DNA of 64,000 nucleotides from an uncultured Aliarcobacter sp. (GTDB lineage: Bacteria; Campylobacterota; Campylobacteria; Campylobacterales; Arcobacteraceae), in the NCBI GenBank assembly GCA_963664305.2, contig CAXXLV010000001.1:64001-128000 (forward strand), given 5' to 3'. Below are positions 6,889-22,395 of the stretch, piece after piece. Made by a program: the position numbers and the translations under genes. Every line of letters begins with the position of its first letter. Position 1 is the first letter of the stretch. The notes beneath the pieces are model-generated. The model made no database searches, was not told the origin of the DNA, and was given only the letters and a program-made list of their open reading frames with translations.

Positions 6889-8986
6889 AATTATAACAAT
6901 TGCATTAGTAGGTCAACCAAATGTTGGTAAGTCTATGCTTATCAACTCTTTGTCAAATGCTAGATTAAAAGTTGGAAACTTTTCTGGAGTAACAGTTGCA
7001 AAAGAAGAAGTTTTTTTAGAATATAAAGGTTATCAAATTCAAATTATTGATTTACCTGGTGCTTATTCATTAAACAATTATACATTAGAAGAAAAAGTTA
7101 CTAAAGAGTTTTTAGATAATTCTCCATACGATATCATTTTAAATGTTTTAGATTCAACAAACCTACAAAGAAACTTATTTTTAACTGCAGAACTATTAGC
7201 TTTAGATAAAAAAATGATAATTGCACTTAATATGAGTGATGAAGCCCAAAAAGAATCAATAATTATTGATGAAGTTCAACTGAGTAAAATTCTTGGTAAA
7301 CCTTGTATAAAAACAAGTGCTGCAAAAAAAGTAGGTATTCAAAAACTTTTAGATGAAATTGTATTTAAATATGAAAATGAAAAACTTCCAACAAAACTTT
7401 TCTTTTCAAATGTAATAGAAGAAGAGATAGAAGCTATTTCTAAATTATTAGAAGAATGTAATTATAAAACAAATCAAACTTATAGACAAATAGCAATAAA
7501 ACTTTTAAAAGAAGATGTTCAAACATACAAACAACTAAAAGAAGAACCAATTTGGATAAAACTACAAACTGTTTTAAGTGAAGCATTTAAACATTTATAT
7601 ATTCATTATGAAACAAAAAATATGGAAGATATTTTTAATGATGAAAAATTTGCTTTTGCAAAAGGTGCAACAACAGAAACAGTAAAACAATCTTTAAAAA
7701 GAGAAAAAACTTTAACTGAAAAATTTGATTCATTTTTAATTCATAAATTCTTCGGATTACCTATATTTTTATTTTTAATGTGGGGATTATTCCAATTAAC
7801 TTTTGAAATTGGAAGTATTCCAATGGATTTAATTGATGCTTTTTTTGCAAGTATTATTGATAAAACAAAAGAAGTTTTAGGAGATAATCAACTTTCTTCA
7901 ATCATTGGAGATGGTGTAATTGCTGGAGTTGGTTCAGTTATTTTATTTTTACCAAATATTATGATTTTATTTTTTGGTATAGCTTTACTTGAAACAACTG
8001 GTTATATGAGTAGAGTTGCTTTTTTACTTGATGGTTTCTTTCATAAATTTGGACTTCATGGAAAATCTTTTATTCCTTTAGTAACTGGTTTTGGTTGTTC
8101 AGTTCCAGCTTATATGGCTGCACGTACTTTAAAAAATGAAAGAGATAGACTTTTAACTTTATTTATTATTGGATTCATGTCTTGTGGAGCAAGACTTCCA
8201 ATATATGTACTTTTTGTTGGAGCATTTTTTGGACAAAGTAATGCAGGAAATGTATTGTTTTTAATTTATATTTGTGGAGCAATTTTAGGTTTATTTGCAG
8301 CTAAAATATTAAAAATTGTTGTATTTAAAAGTGAAGACGAACCTTTTGTTATGGAAATGCCAAAATATAGAATTCCTTCATTTAAATTAATTTGGCACAC
8401 AGTTTCAAATCAAGCTTTAATGTATTTAAAAAAAGCGGGAACATATATCCTTGCTGCATCATTACTTATTTGGTTTGCAAGTAATTATCCAAAACATCTT
8501 GACGTGGAAAAAGATTTTAATTCAAAAATAGAATTAGCTCAAAATGATGAAGAAAAAATAAATCTACAAAATGAACTAAGTCTTTATAATCTTGAAAATT
8601 CTTATCTTGGTTATCTTGGAAAATTTAGTGAGCCTTTATTTGAACCATTAGGATTTGATTGGAGAATGTCTGTCGCTCTTGAAACTGGACTTGCTGCAAA
8701 AGAGATTGTTGTTTCTACTTTATCAATCCTTTACGGTTTAGGAAGTGATAATAATGAAACATCAGATAGTTTAGTAGAAAAAATTAAAAACAACATTCCT
8801 TTTGCTTCAGCGATGTCATTTATTATATTTGTAATGATTTATTTACCTTGTTTAGCAGCTTCTATGGTATTTGTAAGAGAAGCAGGAAATTGGAAATATT
8901 TATGGTATCTATTTATTTTCACAACATCAACTGCTTGGATAATGTCTTTTATCACGTATAACGTAACAAAATTACTGATAAATTAA
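6878..8986 (+). CDS. feoB: Ferrous iron transport protein B
   Basis: GQPNVGKS, GNFSGVTV, DLPG, NMSD GTPase motifs; GFGCSVP and CGARLP gate motifs; ATG at 6878. Confidence 0.97.
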   Translation: MQDKIITIALVGQPNVGKSMLINSLSNARLKVGNFSGVTVAKEEVFLEYKGYQIQIIDLPGAYSLNNYTLEEKVTKEFLDNSPYDIILNVLDSTNLQRNLFLTAELLALDKKMIIALNMSDEAQKESIIIDEVQLSKILGKPCIKTSAAKKVGIQKLLDEIVFKYENEKLPTKLFFSNVIEEEIEAISKLLEECNYKTNQTYRQIAIKLLKEDVQTYKQLKEEPIWIKLQTVLSEAFKHLYIHYETKNMEDIFNDEKFAFAKGATTETVKQSLKREKTLTEKFDSFLIHKFFGLPIFLFLMWGLFQLTFEIGSIPMDLIDAFFASIIDKTKEVLGDNQLSSIIGDGVIAGVGSVILFLPNIMILFFGIALLETTGYMSRVAFLLDGFFHKFGLHGKSFIPLVTGFGCSVPAYMAARTLKNERDRLLTLFIIGFMSCGARLPIYVLFVGAFFGQSNAGNVLFLIYICGAILGLFAAKILKIVVFKSEDEPFVMEMPKYRIPSFKLIWHTVSNQALMYLKKAGTYILAASLLIWFASNYPKHLDVEKDFNSKIELAQNDEEKINLQNELSLYNLENSYLGYLGKFSEPLFEPLGFDWRMSVALETGLAAKEIVVSTLSILYGLGSDNNETSDSLVEKIKNNIPFASAMSFIIFVMIYLPCLAASMVFVREAGNWKYLWYLFIFTTSTAWIMSFITYNVTKLLIN

Positions 8987-9001
8987 AAAATAAAAAAGTA
9001 T

Positions 9002-9388
9002 TTATTTCAATTCAAATTGAGATGAATACTCTTTTCCACTATAAATTATTTTGAAATCCCATTTTCCACCTTCTCTACCATCTAGATATCTATAATCATA
9101 AGCAGAACTATCTCCAGCTGGAATTAACATTTCTCTACTTCTTGAGATTTCACCTGTTGGACTTATCCAATTAATTGTTATTTGTTGATCTTTTTCTATA
9201 TCTCTTATAACTTCGAATTTACAAATAATTGAATTTTCATCCTCTAAAATTAAACAATCAACGTTTGGATTATATGATTGTTCTTGTGTAGAATTTGTTT
9301 CTACAGGTTTTTCTTCATTTGGTACTACTGTAGCTTCTGCAAAAAGTGTTGCAGTTAATATTAAAAAAGATACTAAGTATCTATTCAT
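9002..9388 (-). CDS. Secreted hypothetical protein (beta-rich)
   Basis: Signal peptide MNRYLVSFLILTATLFA; start moved to ATG 9388. Confidence 0.7.
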   Translation of the reverse strand: MNRYLVSFLILTATLFAEATVVPNEEKPVETNSTQEQSYNPNVDCLILEDENSIICKFEVIRDIEKDQQITINWISPTGEISRSREMLIPAGDSSAYDYRYLDGREGGKWDFKIIYSGKEYSSQFELK

Positions 9389-9608
9389 TTTTCTCTCTTT
9401 CATCTTCTTCAAGATTTGTAAATTTCATTAATAAATGTTTTATTGGAGCGTAAAAAGTTGTCATTGAAACAATTGCAGCTACTAACTGAATTATTTTAAA
9501 AAAACCACTATTTTCTCCAACAGTAAATAAGGCTAAGTAATAACTAAAAATAAAAGAGATTATAGCACAAATAACAATGCCTATTATAACAAGTAGATTA
9601 TAATTCAT
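9381..9608 (-). CDS. Small two-TM membrane protein
   Basis: Two hydrophobic segments; overlaps both neighbours; ATG 9608. Confidence 0.7.
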   Translation of the reverse strand: MNYNLLVIIGIVICAIISFIFSYYLALFTVGENSGFFKIIQLVAAIVSMTTFYAPIKHLLMKFTNLEEDEREKNE

Positions 9609-10335
9609 ATTTTTTCCAGATAGGTGTTTCATTTAATGTTGCTCTATTTTCTAAAACTTCAAAAGGTGAATAAGCAACTTTATATCCCATTGAAAAATGG
9701 TTTTTTATCCAATAACCCAAATAAATATATGGAATATTAAGCTCTTTAGCTATTTTTATTTGAGCTAAAATAGAAAATTTACCTATTGATAAATCTGAAT
9801 AATCATGATCATAATAACAATAAATTGCAGAAATAGACTCTGGTAAAATATCTACTAAAGCAACTCCTATTAATTTATCATCTCTTACATATAAAAATTC
9901 TTTTGCATACTTTTCTGTAGCTTCAACATATGATTTTGCATAATCTTCTGGTTCAATTGGAGTATAAGGCCAATCTTTTTTATCATTCATAAATCTATGA
10001 TATTTATCATACAAATTTAGATGTTCCATTGTCATAGAAGGTGGTCTTATATAAAGTTTTGTATCTCTGTTTTTTGCAATTACTCTTTTTTCTGATTTCG
10101 AAAATTTATAATTTTTAACATCAATTCTCATAGAAACACATTTACTACATGTTTTACATTCTGGAACAAAATGCATTCGTCCAAATCTTCTCCAACCACG
10201 CTCTAACATTTTTTGATATTCAGAAGTTGCACATGAATAAATATATCTATATCTTATATCTGAAAGTTTTTCATCATAATAAGAACAAGCTCTATTCTCT
10301 TCTAAAAATTCAACATCTTGATTCAAAATTTGCAT
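9598..10335 (-). CDS. ATE1-like arginyl/leucyl-tRNA-protein transferase (Bpt family)
   Basis: CSY, GWRRFG, CKTCSKC, SAIYCYYD, SIGKFSIL, YIYLGYWI, MGYK. Confidence 0.9.
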   Translation of the reverse strand: MQILNQDVEFLEENRACSYYDEKLSDIRYRYIYSCATSEYQKMLERGWRRFGRMHFVPECKTCSKCVSMRIDVKNYKFSKSEKRVIAKNRDTKLYIRPPSMTMEHLNLYDKYHRFMNDKKDWPYTPIEPEDYAKSYVEATEKYAKEFLYVRDDKLIGVALVDILPESISAIYCYYDHDYSDLSIGKFSILAQIKIAKELNIPYIYLGYWIKNHFSMGYKVAYSPFEVLENRATLNETPIWKKYEL

Positions 10336-10337
10336 GG

Positions 10338-11078
10338 CTATTCGTTTATTTTTTCTTTTATCTCTTTTGCAGTTGAAAAGATTTTTTTAATTTTTTCATC
10401 ATTTGATAAACTATCATCAATAATATGTTTTACAAATGCACTTCCAACAATCACACCATCAACGTCTTTTGCTTTTTCTTTACAAGTTTTTTCATCAACA
10501 CCAAAACCTATATAAAGAGGAGTTTCTGAATATTTTCTAACATTTTCTATAATTAAAGATAAATCTTCTTTTTGTCCACTTCCTGTAATTCCTGCATATG
10601 CAACCATATAAATAAATTTTTTAGCATTTGTTACTAACTCTTTTATTCTTTCTTCACTATCTGTTGGTGCAACAAATGAAATATTTGATTTATTATATTT
10701 AGCAAATAATTCTTCATAATTTTGTGCCATTTCAAAAGGAAGATCAGGGATAATTGTCCCTTGAATATTATATTCAGCTGCTTTTTGTAAAAATTTTTCC
10801 ATTCCATAATGATAAAATGGATTCATATATCCCATCCATAAAGTATCAATATCTTTTCCAATTTTTGAAGATACTTCAAATAAATCTTTTAATTTAAACC
10901 CTTTATTTAAAGCAATTAAATTTGCCTTTTCAATAACTGGACCATCTGCCACTGGATCAGAAAATGGAATTCCTAATTCTAAAATATCTACACCCGCTTC
11001 TTTTAAACTGTATGCTAAATCAATTGTAAAATTATTACTTGGAAGTGATGCTGTAATGTAACCTACTAATTTTTTCAA
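10338..11078 (-). CDS. trpA: Tryptophan synthase alpha chain
   Basis: LELGIPFSDPVADGPVI, IIPDLP, GITG, GVIVGSA. Confidence 0.97.
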   Translation of the reverse strand: MKKLVGYITASLPSNNFTIDLAYSLKEAGVDILELGIPFSDPVADGPVIEKANLIALNKGFKLKDLFEVSSKIGKDIDTLWMGYMNPFYHYGMEKFLQKAAEYNIQGTIIPDLPFEMAQNYEELFAKYNKSNISFVAPTDSEERIKELVTNAKKFIYMVAYAGITGSGQKEDLSLIIENVRKYSETPLYIGFGVDEKTCKEKAKDVDGVIVGSAFVKHIIDDSLSNDEKIKKIFSTAKEIKEKINE

Positions 11079-11134
11079 AATCTCTATCCTATTTTTTTAA
11101 CTATTTTATCAAAAATCTACTTTTAAACTATTAA

Positions 11135-12532
11135 TTACTCTTCAGTATTATCTTTTTTATATCTTTTCATAACTAAATTAAAAATTCTTTGCATATTAAC
11201 AAAAAATCTTGTTGTATATGTCATTTGAGTATTTTCAATCTCATCACCTAATTTTATATTAATTGCTTCTGACTTTTTCATTGATAAAACTTGAGATGGA
11301 AATACACTTCTATGTCCTGTCATCAAAAAAGCTAGAATAATTGATATTGCAGCATAATGACCAACATCCATCCCAAAAAGTTCAACCGACATTATCATGG
11401 CAGCTATTGGAGCACTTGTTGTTCCTGCTAATACACTTACGAATCCAAGTGCGGCAAATAAGGGTATATAGCCATCAACTAAATATCCAAAGAAGTTACC
11501 GCTTGTTGCACCTACATAAAAAATAGGAGTTATTACCCCTCCACTTCCACCAAAAGACAAGGTTAAAGAGGTAAAAATCGTTTTTAATACAAAGGTATAC
11601 CAAGGAATATTTTCATTTATCATTTTATCTGTTGATAAAGCATCTTTTATAGTTTGAAAACCTATTCCTAAATAATGTTCTCCAACAATTAATGTCAAAA
11701 CTACTATAAAAATTCCACCTAAAAATGCTTTTAAAATATAATTTATTTTTATTGCACTAATGTATTTATGAAAAGTACTTAAAGTTGTGATTATAAAATC
11801 CGCAACCAATCCAAAAAAGATTCCTGCAATTATAACTTTTGAAATCAATACATAATTAAAGTCAAAATTTGAATAAAAAGCAATATTAAAATATGTATAA
11901 CTTATACCTAACATTTTTGCAACAAAAAAAGCAGAAAATCCTGCAACTATTGAAGGCAATAAAATATCATACATTAAACCACCCACAATCAATATTTCCA
12001 CTCCAAAAATTGCTCCTGCAAGTGGTGTTCCAAAAACAGATGCAAAGCCAGCACTAATTCCACAAATTACAATTTTTTTTCTATCTCTTGCAGAAAATCT
12101 TAGTTTCATTGCAATAAATGAAGCTAATGATGCACCAATTTGCGCACCAGGTCCCTCTTTCCCAACTGAACCTCCTGCAAAAATTGTAAGAACTGTTGCA
12201 AAAAGTTTTGTTGGTACAACACTTACATTAATCTTTCCAGAATTTTTGTGAATTGCTTCAATTACCTTTTCTGTTCCATGTCCTTGAGCACTTGGAGCAA
12301 ATTTCTTTACTACAAAAACTGTTATTGCTAAAGCAAAAGGTAAAAGATAATAATAATCAAAAGGCAATAATGACCTTGAATTCTCACAATATGTTAAAAG
12401 TTTTAAAAATAGTGATACTACTACACCAATAAATGCACCAATTAAAGAAGATAAAAATATCCATTTTGTAATACTTGCAAACATAATTGTTTGCTCTGCT
12501 AAATGTTTTTGAATGTTTGATTCGTTATTCAT
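11135..12532 (-). CDS. CLC/EriC-family anion channel or transporter
   Basis: GSVGKEGP, FGTPLAGAIF and GGVITP motifs; many TM helices. Confidence 0.9.
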   Translation of the reverse strand: MNNESNIQKHLAEQTIMFASITKWIFLSSLIGAFIGVVVSLFLKLLTYCENSRSLLPFDYYYLLPFALAITVFVVKKFAPSAQGHGTEKVIEAIHKNSGKINVSVVPTKLFATVLTIFAGGSVGKEGPGAQIGASLASFIAMKLRFSARDRKKIVICGISAGFASVFGTPLAGAIFGVEILIVGGLMYDILLPSIVAGFSAFFVAKMLGISYTYFNIAFYSNFDFNYVLISKVIIAGIFFGLVADFIITTLSTFHKYISAIKINYILKAFLGGIFIVVLTLIVGEHYLGIGFQTIKDALSTDKMINENIPWYTFVLKTIFTSLTLSFGGSGGVITPIFYVGATSGNFFGYLVDGYIPLFAALGFVSVLAGTTSAPIAAMIMSVELFGMDVGHYAAISIILAFLMTGHRSVFPSQVLSMKKSEAINIKLGDEIENTQMTYTTRFFVNMQRIFNLVMKRYKKDNTEE

Positions 12533-12701
12533 AAGAGTACTTTTTTAGTTTTTTTGAGTTTTATAATTTTAATTCTAACAAAACCGTTATTTAGTTGTTC
12601 TTTAAATTTCCTTTTTTATGGACAAATATTAAAATTTTTATTAAAAAAGTTTGTTTTAGATATAATCTTTAAAAATTATTAATCATTATTTAGGAAAAGA
12701 A

Positions 12702-13511
12702 ATGAGTATTATCAAAAATGATTTTGAAAAAATAAATATAACAAAAATCAAAAAATCAAAGAATCAAAAAAAACTAACAGTTATTACAGCATATGACGCA
12801 CTTTTTGCAAAACTGTTTGAAGAAATTGCAGATATGATACTTGTAGGAGATAGTCTTAATATGAGTTTTGCTGGTCGTCCAGATACTCTTTCAGCCACTC
12901 TTGAACAAATGATATATCACACAAATGCAGTTTGTAATGGAGCAAAAAATGCTTTTGTTATTATGGATATGCCATTTGGAACTTATATAAATAAAGATGA
13001 AGCATTAAAAAATTCTATTGAAGTTTATAGACAAACAAATGCAGCAGCAATTAAAATAGAAGGTGGAGAAGATAGAGCCGATATCATAAAACATCTTACA
13101 TCAAATTCAATTGCCGTAATGGGACATATTGGACTTATGCCTCAATATGTAAGAAGCGAAGGTGGATATAAAGTTCGAGGAAAAACAAAAGAAGATGAAG
13201 AACAACTTATTCGTGATGCAATTGCTGTTGAAAAAGCAGGAGCATTTTCAATTGTTGTTGAAGGTGTTATGAGTGATGTTGCAAAAAAAATTACAGAAGC
13301 TGTAAATATACCAATTATAGGAATTGGAGCAGGAAATGTAACAGATGGTCAAGTTCTTGTTTGGTCAGATATGTTAGGTTTTTTTGAAGAGTTTAAACCA
13401 AAATTTGTAAGACACTATTTAAATGGTGCAGAACTTGTGAAAGAAGCTGTAAATCAATATAGAAGCGATGTTCAAGATTCATCATTCCCTTCTAAAGAGG
13501 AAGAGTATTAA
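12702..13511 (+). CDS. panB: 3-methyl-2-oxobutanoate hydroxymethyltransferase
   Basis: TAYDA, LVGDSL, DMPFG, KIEGG, GHIGLMPQ. Confidence 0.97.
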   Translation: MSIIKNDFEKINITKIKKSKNQKKLTVITAYDALFAKLFEEIADMILVGDSLNMSFAGRPDTLSATLEQMIYHTNAVCNGAKNAFVIMDMPFGTYINKDEALKNSIEVYRQTNAAAIKIEGGEDRADIIKHLTSNSIAVMGHIGLMPQYVRSEGGYKVRGKTKEDEEQLIRDAIAVEKAGAFSIVVEGVMSDVAKKITEAVNIPIIGIGAGNVTDGQVLVWSDMLGFFEEFKPKFVRHYLNGAELVKEAVNQYRSDVQDSSFPSKEEEY

Positions 13512-13514
13512 TAT

Positions 13515-14552
13515 ATGGAAAGATTAGTTGAAGTAGAACAAATATCTTTTGAAGAAGATAATAATGAAATAAGCCTCCGTCCATCTTCTTGGGATGATTA
13601 TATAGGTCAAGAAAAAATAAAAAAGAATTTGAGAGTATTTATTGATGCTTCTAAAAAAAGAAAAGAAGCATTAGACCATATTTTATTTTATGGACCTCCA
13701 GGTCTTGGAAAAACTACTTTATCTTATCTAATATCAAATGAAATGAATACAAATATAAAAGTTACAGCAGGCCCAATGATTGAAAAAAGTGGAGACTTAG
13801 CTGCAATTTTAACTAATCTTGAAGAAGGAGATATTTTATTTATTGATGAGATTCATAGACTTTCTCCTGCTGTTGAAGAAATCCTTTATCCAGCAATGGA
13901 AGATTATAGATTGGATATCATAATTGGTTCAGGACCTGCTGCACAAACTGTAAAAATAGATTTACCAAGATTTACTCTAATTGGTGCAACAACACGTGCA
14001 GGAATGCTTTCAAATCCATTAAGAGAAAGATTTGGAATGCACTTTAGAATGCAATTTTATACACATGAAGAACTTGCAAAAATTATTCAAAAAGCTGCAA
14101 TTAAACTTGGTAAAAATTGTGAAGATGATGCTGCATTAGAAATTTCAAAAAGAAGTAGAGGAACACCTAGGGTTGCATTAAGACTTTTAAGAAGAGTTAG
14201 AGATTTCTCTGAAGTTGAAAATGAAAAATATATTCATATAAAAAGATGTCAATATGCTTTAGATGAACTTGGGGTTAATGAAAGTGGATTTGATGAAATG
14301 GATATAAATTTACTTGAATTATTAATTTCAAATAGAGGAAAACCTATGGGGCTTTCTACAATTGCAGCAGCACTTAGTGAAGATGAAGGAACAATAGAAG
14401 ATGCAATTGAACCTTATTTACTTGCAAATGGATATATAGAAAGAACTGCTAGAGGAAGATTAGCAAGTGTAAAAACATATGAAATGTTTAGACTTTCATA
14501 TCCAGGAAGTGAAAAACTTGATGATGATTTAAAACAAGGTAAATTATTTTGA
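13515..14552 (+). CDS. ruvB: Holliday junction branch migration helicase
   Basis: [30 protein letters not shown]. Confidence 0.98.
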   Translation: MERLVEVEQISFEEDNNEISLRPSSWDDYIGQEKIKKNLRVFIDASKKRKEALDHILFYGPPGLGKTTLSYLISNEMNTNIKVTAGPMIEKSGDLAAILTNLEEGDILFIDEIHRLSPAVEEILYPAMEDYRLDIIIGSGPAAQTVKIDLPRFTLIGATTRAGMLSNPLRERFGMHFRMQFYTHEELAKIIQKAAIKLGKNCEDDAALEISKRSRGTPRVALRLLRRVRDFSEVENEKYIHIKRCQYALDELGVNESGFDEMDINLLELLISNRGKPMGLSTIAAALSEDEGTIEDAIEPYLLANGYIERTARGRLASVKTYEMFRLSYPGSEKLDDDLKQGKLF

Positions 14553-15601
14553 AAGCAGCCTATTTTATAATTGCAATTGCAATAGTAATGATTTTTTTTA
14601 TGGTTGAATTATTCAATCCATTTTTAAAAGCAATTTTTGTATCAATATTATTAACTGTTGCAACAAGTTCTTTAACACTATTTTTAGAAAAAAAATCAAG
14701 AAGTAGAATAGCTGCAACATCTTTTATTACAATTGCACTTGCAGCACTATTTTTTATTCCTATTTTATATTGTATTTTCTCATTTATTAATTTCTTCAAT
14801 CAAGTTGACCAAGAACTATTAGTAAAAAATCTAGACGATATAAAAACTTTTATACAAGAAAAATCTGTAAATCTAGCTTTTTTGAACAATTTTTTAGATA
14901 ATCTTAGTTCAAAAATTGATGTAGGGAAAACTGTACAAGATATATTTGCAATTAGTGCTTATTTAGGAAAGAATTCTGCAAAATTTATGATAGATATGGT
15001 GATGATTTTAATATTTTTCTTCTTTTTTACACTTTATTCAACACCTCTTCTAACTTTTATAAAAGAACTATTACCAATTAAAAAAGAGGATTCTGTAATA
15101 CTATTTAGTGAATCATCAAATGTAATGACAGTTGTTTTATACTCAATTTTAGTTACTGCAATATTTGAAGGTTTTTTATTTGGTTTTTTCTTAACTTTTT
15201 TTAACTATGATGGATTGTTATTTGGAGTTTTATATGGTTTTGCATCTTTAATTCCAGTTATAGGTGGAGTTATAATGTGGCTTCCAATTGTGATTTATGA
15301 AGCAACAACAAATTCAGTAACAAATGCTTTAATCATTGCAATTTATTCAATAGTAATAATTTCAATATTTGCAGATACATTTGTAAAACCAATGATAATA
15401 AAATATATTAATAAAAAAGTGGTAAAAACACCTACAAGTGTAAATGAACTTTTAATCTTTTTCTCTATTGTTGCAGGACTTTCAACATTTGGCTTTTGGG
15501 GAATGATTATCGGGCCAGCTATGGTAACTTTTTTTATTTCAATAATGCATTTATTAAAAAAATATTCTGATGATTTTAAAGAAAATGTATCTTATGATTA
15601 A
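14549..15601 (+). CDS. AI-2E (PerM/UPF0118) family membrane protein
   Basis: Multi-[10 protein letters not shown] and [10 protein letters not shown] motifs. Confidence 0.85.
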   Translation: MKAAYFIIAIAIVMIFFMVELFNPFLKAIFVSILLTVATSSLTLFLEKKSRSRIAATSFITIALAALFFIPILYCIFSFINFFNQVDQELLVKNLDDIKTFIQEKSVNLAFLNNFLDNLSSKIDVGKTVQDIFAISAYLGKNSAKFMIDMVMILIFFFFFTLYSTPLLTFIKELLPIKKEDSVILFSESSNVMTVVLYSILVTAIFEGFLFGFFLTFFNYDGLLFGVLYGFASLIPVIGGVIMWLPIVIYEATTNSVTNALIIAIYSIVIISIFADTFVKPMIIKYINKKVVKTPTSVNELLIFFSIVAGLSTFGFWGMIIGPAMVTFFISIMHLLKKYSDDFKENVSYD

Positions 15602-15619
15602 GATACATTTTTTTAAAGA

Positions 15620-16366
15620 TTAATTATCTCCACTCTCTCTTTCTCCACCATAAGAAGAAATTCCATAATCTAGGTTAGCAACTGATTTAAATCCTAAATC
15701 AAGCATTATTCTTTGGCAATATGCACTTCTACTTCCACTATGACAATAAACAATAACAGGAATATTTTTTTGATTATTGATTCTTTCTAAAGCATGATAA
15801 AATGATGTAGTTGGTATTAAATAATCTGTTCCTTTAATTCTTGTTCCAACCCACTCCATCCATTCTCTTGTATCAACTAAGTTGAAATCAACAAATCCTA
15901 AATCTCTTGCTTCAAGTAGTGATTCAAGTTCTAAAGAATTTATTTCTTCTTTAGTTAATAAATTAGCACACTCCTCTTTTGTTAAACCTCTAGAATGTGT
16001 TGCTATTGCATCATGTACATCAATTTGTTCTTTAATTTCGTTTGCTTTTTGTTCTGTACAAAAAATTCCACAGTGACATGAACCTTTTGATGGTATTTCA
16101 TTTGTTAACGCAGGAGTACAAGGACAAAGTCTATTATCACTATTTTCTTGTTCTGTTGGAGTTTCTCCAATAACCATAAAACATGGGCAAAATCTTTTTC
16201 CATAGATTAACTTGTTTCTAGTTAATCCCATTTGTATAGATTCATTAACTTCATCATCTGGATTATAAACTAATCCATGTTCATCTAAGACCTTATTTGT
16301 AAATTGTTTTGTTAATTCAAGTTCTGTTTGAAATTCATCACTATTTATATCTATTTTTCTAATCAT
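15620..16366 (-). CDS. Ferredoxin:thioredoxin reductase catalytic domain fused to a rhodanese domain
   Basis: CPC...CPC...CHC in the N-terminal half; LVDTRE...IVYCHSGSRS in the C-terminal half. Confidence 0.85.
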   Translation of the reverse strand: MIRKIDINSDEFQTELELTKQFTNKVLDEHGLVYNPDDEVNESIQMGLTRNKLIYGKRFCPCFMVIGETPTEQENSDNRLCPCTPALTNEIPSKGSCHCGIFCTEQKANEIKEQIDVHDAIATHSRGLTKEECANLLTKEEINSLELESLLEARDLGFVDFNLVDTREWMEWVGTRIKGTDYLIPTTSFYHALERINNQKNIPVIVYCHSGSRSAYCQRIMLDLGFKSVANLDYGISSYGGERESGDN

Positions 16367-16457
16367 AAATTATCCTAATATTTTAAAGTTTGTAATAGTA
16401 ATATAATTTATATTAATATTTGTATTCAATGCAAGAATTGATATTTATATAATAAAT

Positions 16458-16676
16458 TCATTTATCAATCATAGATAAATATAGTTTTTCAACTTTCTCT
16501 CTTGCCCATGGAGTTTTTCTAAGAAATTTTAAAGAAGATTTAACACTAGGGTCATAATTGAAACAATTAATATTAATTCTTCTACCTAATTCATCCCAAC
16601 CATAGTAATCAACTAAAGAATTTATTATCATTTCTAATTTTATTCCATGTAATGGATTATTTGGATTATTGTTCAA
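16458..16676 (-). CDS. VF530/DUF2132-family small putative DNA-binding protein
   Basis: [10 protein letters not shown]...YGWDELG...[24 protein letters not shown] start at 16676 with AGGA RBS. Confidence 0.85.
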   Translation of the reverse strand: MNNNPNNPLHGIKLEMIINSLVDYYGWDELGRRININCFNYDPSVKSSLKFLRKTPWAREKVEKLYLSMIDK

Positions 16677-16755
16677 TTTTATTCCTAATTTTTGATAATT
16701 ATAACATATAAAAGCCATAGATAAAGTAGATAAAAAGTGAGGCAGAAAGCGGGGC

Positions 16756-16811
16756 AAAAAAAAAGCTTCTGCTAAAAAGAACTTAAAGAAGTTCAAATTA
16801 GCAAAAGCTTT
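16756..16811 (-). terminator. rRNA operon terminator
   Basis: AAAGCTTCTGCTAA...TTAGCAAAAGCTTT stem with inner GAACTT/AAGTTC, followed by a T-run on the minus strand, just after 5S. Confidence 0.7.
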
Positions 16812-16826
16812 GAAAAAAACTCAAGA

Positions 16827-16942
16827 GCTGGCAGCGGCCTACGTTTCCACCAGGGGACCCGGCAGTATTATCGGCGATGAAGTGCTTGACTTCCAGGTTC
16901 GGAATGGGACTGGGTATTTCCACTTCTCTATAGCCACCAGCA
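16827..16942 (-). rRNA. rrf: 5S rRNA (ends approximate)
   Basis: Contains CCCATTCCGAAC and GCCGATAATACT; complementary termini. Confidence 0.95.
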
Positions 16943-17088
16943 AAGTTGAGTAAAGAAGATATTATAAAAAATATACTCTTCACTCAACTCGTTTAGGAGT
17001 TAAGAAAAAATAATGTTAAAGTCTTTTCACAATATATACTAAATATAAGAAATATATTTAATAAGATAGTAAACCAAAGAATTGTTTA

Positions 17089-19998
<2,910 letters not shown>

Positions 19999-20297
19999 TA
20001 ATAAATAGAGTTAAACTCTATCGCTTTTTGATAATATTCTTTGGCTACTATCTTATTAAACATATTATTTAAAATATATCCAATAAAATAATGTTGTGTT
20101 CTATCTAATTTCTTAGATATGAAATTTTTTTTGTTTTAAATTATTTAACATTTCTGTTATCTAATTCTTACGAAAAAATTAAAGACTTTAACATTATATT
20201 TTTAAATATCGTTTTGATTTTGAAAATCAAATATAAATTCAATCTCTTATTGAACTTATATTTAACTTTTAAATCAGATGAACTTATTAGTTATAGG

Positions 20298-20373
20298 TGG
20301 TGGAGAATAGCGGGATCGAACCGCTGACCTCCTGCGTGCAAAGCAGGCGCTCTCCCAGCTGAGCTAATTCCCC
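20298..20373 (-). tRNA. tRNA-Ala(TGC)
   Basis: GGGGAATTAGCTCAG...TTGCAC...TTCGATCC...CCACCA. Confidence 0.98.
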
Positions 20374-20404
20374 AACCTAAATTAATCTTTACTAGATTAT
20401 TTAA

Positions 20405-20481
20405 TGGTGGGCCTATCAGGACTTGAACCTGAGACCTCACGATTATCAGTCGAGCGCTCTAGCCAGCTGAGCTATAGGCCC
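20405..20481 (-). tRNA. tRNA-Ile(GAT)
   Basis: GGGCCTATAGCTCAG...CTGATAA...TTCAAGTCC...CCACCA. Confidence 0.98.
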
Positions 20482-20499
20482 CTTTACTACCTATTTAAA

Positions 20500-22265
<1,766 letters not shown>

Positions 22266-22366
22266 CTTTACAAACTTTCATTCATTTTTAAAGATCATTC
22301 CAGACTCGATTGAATCGTTTCTCTTCAAGCTTTTCGTTTGAAGCGTTCCAGTCAAATTGGACGGGA

Positions 22367-22395
22367 ATTATAATAGATTTTTATCTACTTGTCAA
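22367..22395 (-). promoter_or_regulatory. rRNA operon promoter
   Basis: Consensus TTGACA-17-TATAAT on the minus strand; boxA-like GATCTTTAAAAA downstream (about 22285-22296). Confidence 0.85.

Noticed and set aside
12677..12691. Fur-box-like TATTAATCATTATTT upstream of panB
   Set aside because: Weaker match in extremely AT-rich DNA, with no iron-related context
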